Part shown: positions 62,876 through 64,000 of the stretch, piece by piece
How positions within the stretch are numbered: the first letter of the stretch is position 1
Layout of the letters: the number at the start of each line of letters is the position of its first letter
From: an uncultured delta proteobacterium
GTDB taxonomy: Bacteria; Myxococcota; Myxococcia; Myxococcales; Anaeromyxobacteraceae
Assembly (NCBI GenBank): GCA_963766715.1
Contig: CAVYBH010000002.1
Coordinates: 192,001-256,000 of the forward strand
Length of the DNA stretch: 64,000 nucleotides
Reading direction: 5' to 3'
Notes under the pieces: model-generated
Seen by the model: only the letters and a program-made list of their open reading frames with translations
Databases searched by the model: none
Told to the model about the DNA's origin: nothing
Translations under genes and position numbers: made by a program

Positions 62876-64000
62876 ATGAGCCGTTCATTCGCCGTACGCG
62901 CCGCCTTCGCCGCGCTGATGCTCTTCACGGCCGCAGCCGGCGCAGCACAGCAGAAGCAGCCCAACATCATCATGATCATGGGCGACGACATCGGGTGGTT
63001 CAACATCGGCGCCTATGGCCAGGGCATCATGTCGGGCAGGACGCCCAATCTCGACCGGCTCGCCGCAGAGGGGATGCGCTTCACCGACTACTACGCCGAG
63101 GCGAGTTGCACGGCCGGACGCGCCAACTTCATCACGGGCGAGCTCCCCATCCGCACCGGTCTCACCACCGTGGGGCAGGCCGGCTCGCCGATCGGGATTC
63201 CAGCCGAGGCGCCCACCATCGCCACGGCGCTGAAGTCGATGGGCTACGCGACCGGGCAGTTCGGAAAGAACCACCTGGGCGATCTCAACCAATTCCTGCC
63301 GACCGTGCACGGCTTCGACGAGTTCTTCGGCTACCTCTACCACCTCGATGCGATGGAGGACCCGTGTCACGCGAACTACCCGCCGGCGCTGAAGGCCACC
63401 GTGGGTCCGCGCAACATGGTTCACAGCTGGGCGACCGACGTCGACGATCCGGCCGTGCAGCCGCGCTGGGGCAAGATCGGCAAGCAGAAGATCGAGGACG
63501 CGGGCGAGCTCTGTCCCGACGCGGATGGAGACCGTCGACGACGAGATCCTGGCCAAGGCGCTGGCCTTCGTCGACCGGGCGCGAAAGGACGGGAAGCCCT
63601 TCTTCCTCTGGCTCAACCCGACCCGGATGCACGTCGTCACGCACCTCTCGCCCAAGTACCAGGCGATGCGCAATTCGGAGAACAACTGGTCCATCCAGGA
63701 AGCGGGCATGGCGCAGCTCGACGACATCGTCGGCGCGGTCATGAAGTACGTGAAGGATGCTGGGCTGGACGGCGACACCATCGTCGGCTTCACCACCGAC
63801 AACGGCGCCGAGAACTTCACCTGGCCGGACGGTGGGCAGACGCCCTTCGCCGGCGGCAAGGGCACGGCGCTGGAGGGCGGATTCCGGGTGCCGATGATCC
63901 TGCGCTGGCCCGGCAAGGTCCCGGCCGGCAAGGTCGAGAACGGCATCGTGTCGGGGATGGACTGGTTCCCGACCTTCGTGGCCGCCGCCGGCAATCCGAA
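62876..64000 (+). CDS. arylsulfatase (partial, runs off the window; frameshift near 63515)
   Basis: QPNIIMIMGDD, SCTAGR formylglycine motif, GKNHLG, TDNG. Confidence 0.92.
   Translation, partial: MSRSFAVRAAFAALMLFTAAAGAAQQKQPNIIMIMGDDIGWFNIGAYGQGIMSGRTPNLDRLAAEGMRFTDYYAEASCTAGRANFITGELPIRTGLTTVGQAGSPIGIPAEAPTIATALKSMGYATGQFGKNHLGDLNQFLPTVHGFDEFFGYLYHLDAMEDPCHANYPPALKATVGPRNMVHSWATDVDDPAVQPRWGKIGKQKIEDAGELCPDADGDRRRRDPGQGAGLRRPGAKGREALLPLAQPDPDARRHAPLAQVPGDAQFGEQLVHPGSGHGAARRHRRRGHEVREGCWAGRRHHRRLHHRQRRRELHLAGRWADALRRRQGHGAGGRIPGADDPALARQGPGRQGRERHRVGDGLVPDLRGRRRQSE

Noticed and set aside
1..64000. CRISPR array, IS/integrase, rRNA, selenocysteine read-through
   Set aside because: No spaced direct repeats, transposase or integrase motifs, rRNA-like sequence, or in-frame TGA at a conserved Cys position was seen by eye.

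Overview
Very GC-rich bacterial chromosomal window. Gene content (DUF4382/DUF748 proteins, eukaryotic-type Ser/Thr kinase, PilZ protein, multiheme cytochromes, many lipoproteins) fits an Anaeromyxobacter-like Myxococcota genome; this taxonomy is inference. About 70 CDSs were called, mostly accessory transport, redox, signalling and hydrolase genes. No rRNA, tRNA, CRISPR array or mobile element was seen. More than 20 otherwise intact genes carry single-base frameshifts, often in G/C runs, which looks like long-read indel error rather than pseudogenisation. Most notable: (1) a hexaheme NapC/NirT-TsdA fusion cytochrome flanked by a small cytochrome c, a 4-Cys microprotein, a sigma54-driven binding protein coupled to a FixL-like heme-PAS hybrid kinase, and modBC; (2) two duplicated families of unannotated microproteins, one a tandem CxxC-x11-CxC pair with duplicated ECF-like promoters, one copy missing from the ORF track; (3) an ECF sigma/ZAS anti-sigma pair with back-to-back GGAAC-N16-CGTT promoters facing a Tat metallophosphoesterase and a stand-alone CuA cupredoxin.
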